DNA from: a virus
Taxonomy: Duplodnaviria > Heunggongvirae > Uroviricota > Caudoviricetes
Reading direction: 5' to 3' (one strand)
Virus record (IMG/VR): IMGVR_UViG_2874920711_000008
DNA: 19,828 nt
This document shows positions 18,997 through 19,828 of the stretch, piece by piece. The notes beneath the pieces are model-generated. The model worked only from the letters and a program-made list of their open reading frames with translations, was not told the origin of the DNA and searched no databases. Each line of letters starts with the position of its first letter. The stretch's first letter is position 1. Position numbers and translations under genes: made by a program.

Positions 18997-19182
18997 ATGG
19001 ACTCTGTTCGTTGTAAAAATTGCAATAAATTGCTGTTTAAAGGAGGTTTTAAGCATATAGAAATCAAATGTCCTCGCTGTAAACGTTACATTGTCATATC
19101 GAGTGCCCGGGAGCATCCCACGGAGCTGTATTGTGGGAAAAGAGAAGAAATCACGCATTCTGACAAAACCCTGCGTTATTGA
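18997..19182 (+). CDS. com: Com, zinc-finger translational activator of mom
   Basis: 61-aa [64 protein letters not shown] with a CxxC...CxxC...C arrangement, recognisably Mu Com; GGGG SD upstream; 3' end overlaps the mom 5' end. Confidence 0.85.
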   Translation: MDSVRCKNCNKLLFKGGFKHIEIKCPRCKRYIVISSAREHPTELYCGKREEITHSDKTLRY

Positions 19183-19828
19183 GTATGAAGGCCGGATTGT
19201 CGGCTATGGTTCAAGGGAGCTGCGCGTTGAAACCATATCCTGCTGGCTGGCCCGCACAATCATTCAGACAAAGCATTATTCCCGCCGTTTTGTGAATAAC
19301 TCCTGGTTGCATCTGGGCGTATTCAGTGGACGTGATCTGGTTGGTGTTCTTCAGTGGGGATATGCCCTTAACCCCAACTCAGGGCGTCGCGTTGTGCTTG
19401 AAACGGATAACCGGGGCTATATGGAACTGAACCGCATGTGGCTACACGACGACATGCCCCGCAACTCTGAATCACGGGCCATCAGCTACGCGCTGAAAAC
19501 CATCAGGTTACTGTATCCGTCAGTGGAGTGGGTTCAGTCCTTTGCAGACGAACGTTGCGGGCGTGCAGGTGTTGTGTATCAGGCGTCAAATTTTGATTTT
19601 ATTGGCAGCCATGAAAGCACATTCTACGAACTGGACGGTGAGTGGTATCACGAGATAACGATGAATGCGATTAATCGTGGAGGGAAGCGCGGCGAATATT
19701 TACGAGCGAATAAGGAGCGGGCCGTGGCGCACAAATTTAATCAATATCGTTACATCAGGTTCCTGAACAAGCGCGCAAAAAAGCGACTAAACACTAAGCT
19801 ATTCAGGATTCAGCCTTACCCGAAGTGA
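19133..19828 (+). CDS. mom: Mom, DNA adenine modification (anti-restriction) protein; start uncertain (open frame from 19091, GTG at 19133 gives 231 aa)
   Basis: ...[99 protein letters not shown]... is recognisably Mu Mom; overlaps com as in Mu. The stop TGA is the last 3 bases of the window. Confidence 0.85.
   Translation: MGKEKKSRILTKPCVIEYEGRIVGYGSRELRVETISCWLARTIIQTKHYSRRFVNNSWLHLGVFSGRDLVGVLQWGYALNPNSGRRVVLETDNRGYMELNRMWLHDDMPRNSESRAISYALKTIRLLYPSVEWVQSFADERCGRAGVVYQASNFDFIGSHESTFYELDGEWYHEITMNAINRGGKRGEYLRANKERAVAHKFNQYRYIRFLNKRAKKRLNTKLFRIQPYPK

Noticed and set aside
19091-19132. TTG at 19091 as the mom start
   Set aside because: It lies deep inside com without an SD; GTG at 19133 gives a 231-aa product matching the Mu Mom length I recall. 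The exact start remains uncertain.
1-19828. CRISPR arrays, tRNA/rRNA genes, toxin-antitoxin pairs or compact defence islands
   Set aside because: No spacer-interrupted direct repeats or cloverleaf-sized structured regions were seen; essentially all sequence is explained by the host gene, two IS elements and phage late genes. Mom is the only defence-related function and it is a known one.

Overview
This window is a junction between a host gene, an IS66-family insertion sequence and the right-hand ~16 kb of a Mu-like prophage; I found no convincing novel system. Layout: (1) 1-752, AT-rich, is the 3' part of a TPM-domain (YgcG-like) membrane protein gene on the minus strand, cut at its 5' end. 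(2) 753-3459 is an IS66-family element (tnpA-tnpB-tnpC) with perfect 11-bp terminal inverted repeats and no target-site duplication. (3) 3460-19828, GC-rich, carries Mu-like late genes on the plus strand: gp36/gp37-like proteins, tail sheath, tube, chaperone, tape measure, N, P, baseplate gp45/46/47, two tail-fibre plus chaperone pairs, then com-mom ending at the last base. The first fibre gene is split by an IS10-like (IS4-family) element at 14173-15471 flanked by a 10-bp direct repeat. No head, lysis, transposition, repressor or invertase genes are present, so this is a prophage remnant. Most long genes are split into several ORFs; each break I could localise is a single missing base in a homopolymer run, which looks more like consensus sequencing error than decay. 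All protein identifications are from recalled family resemblance, not database searches.
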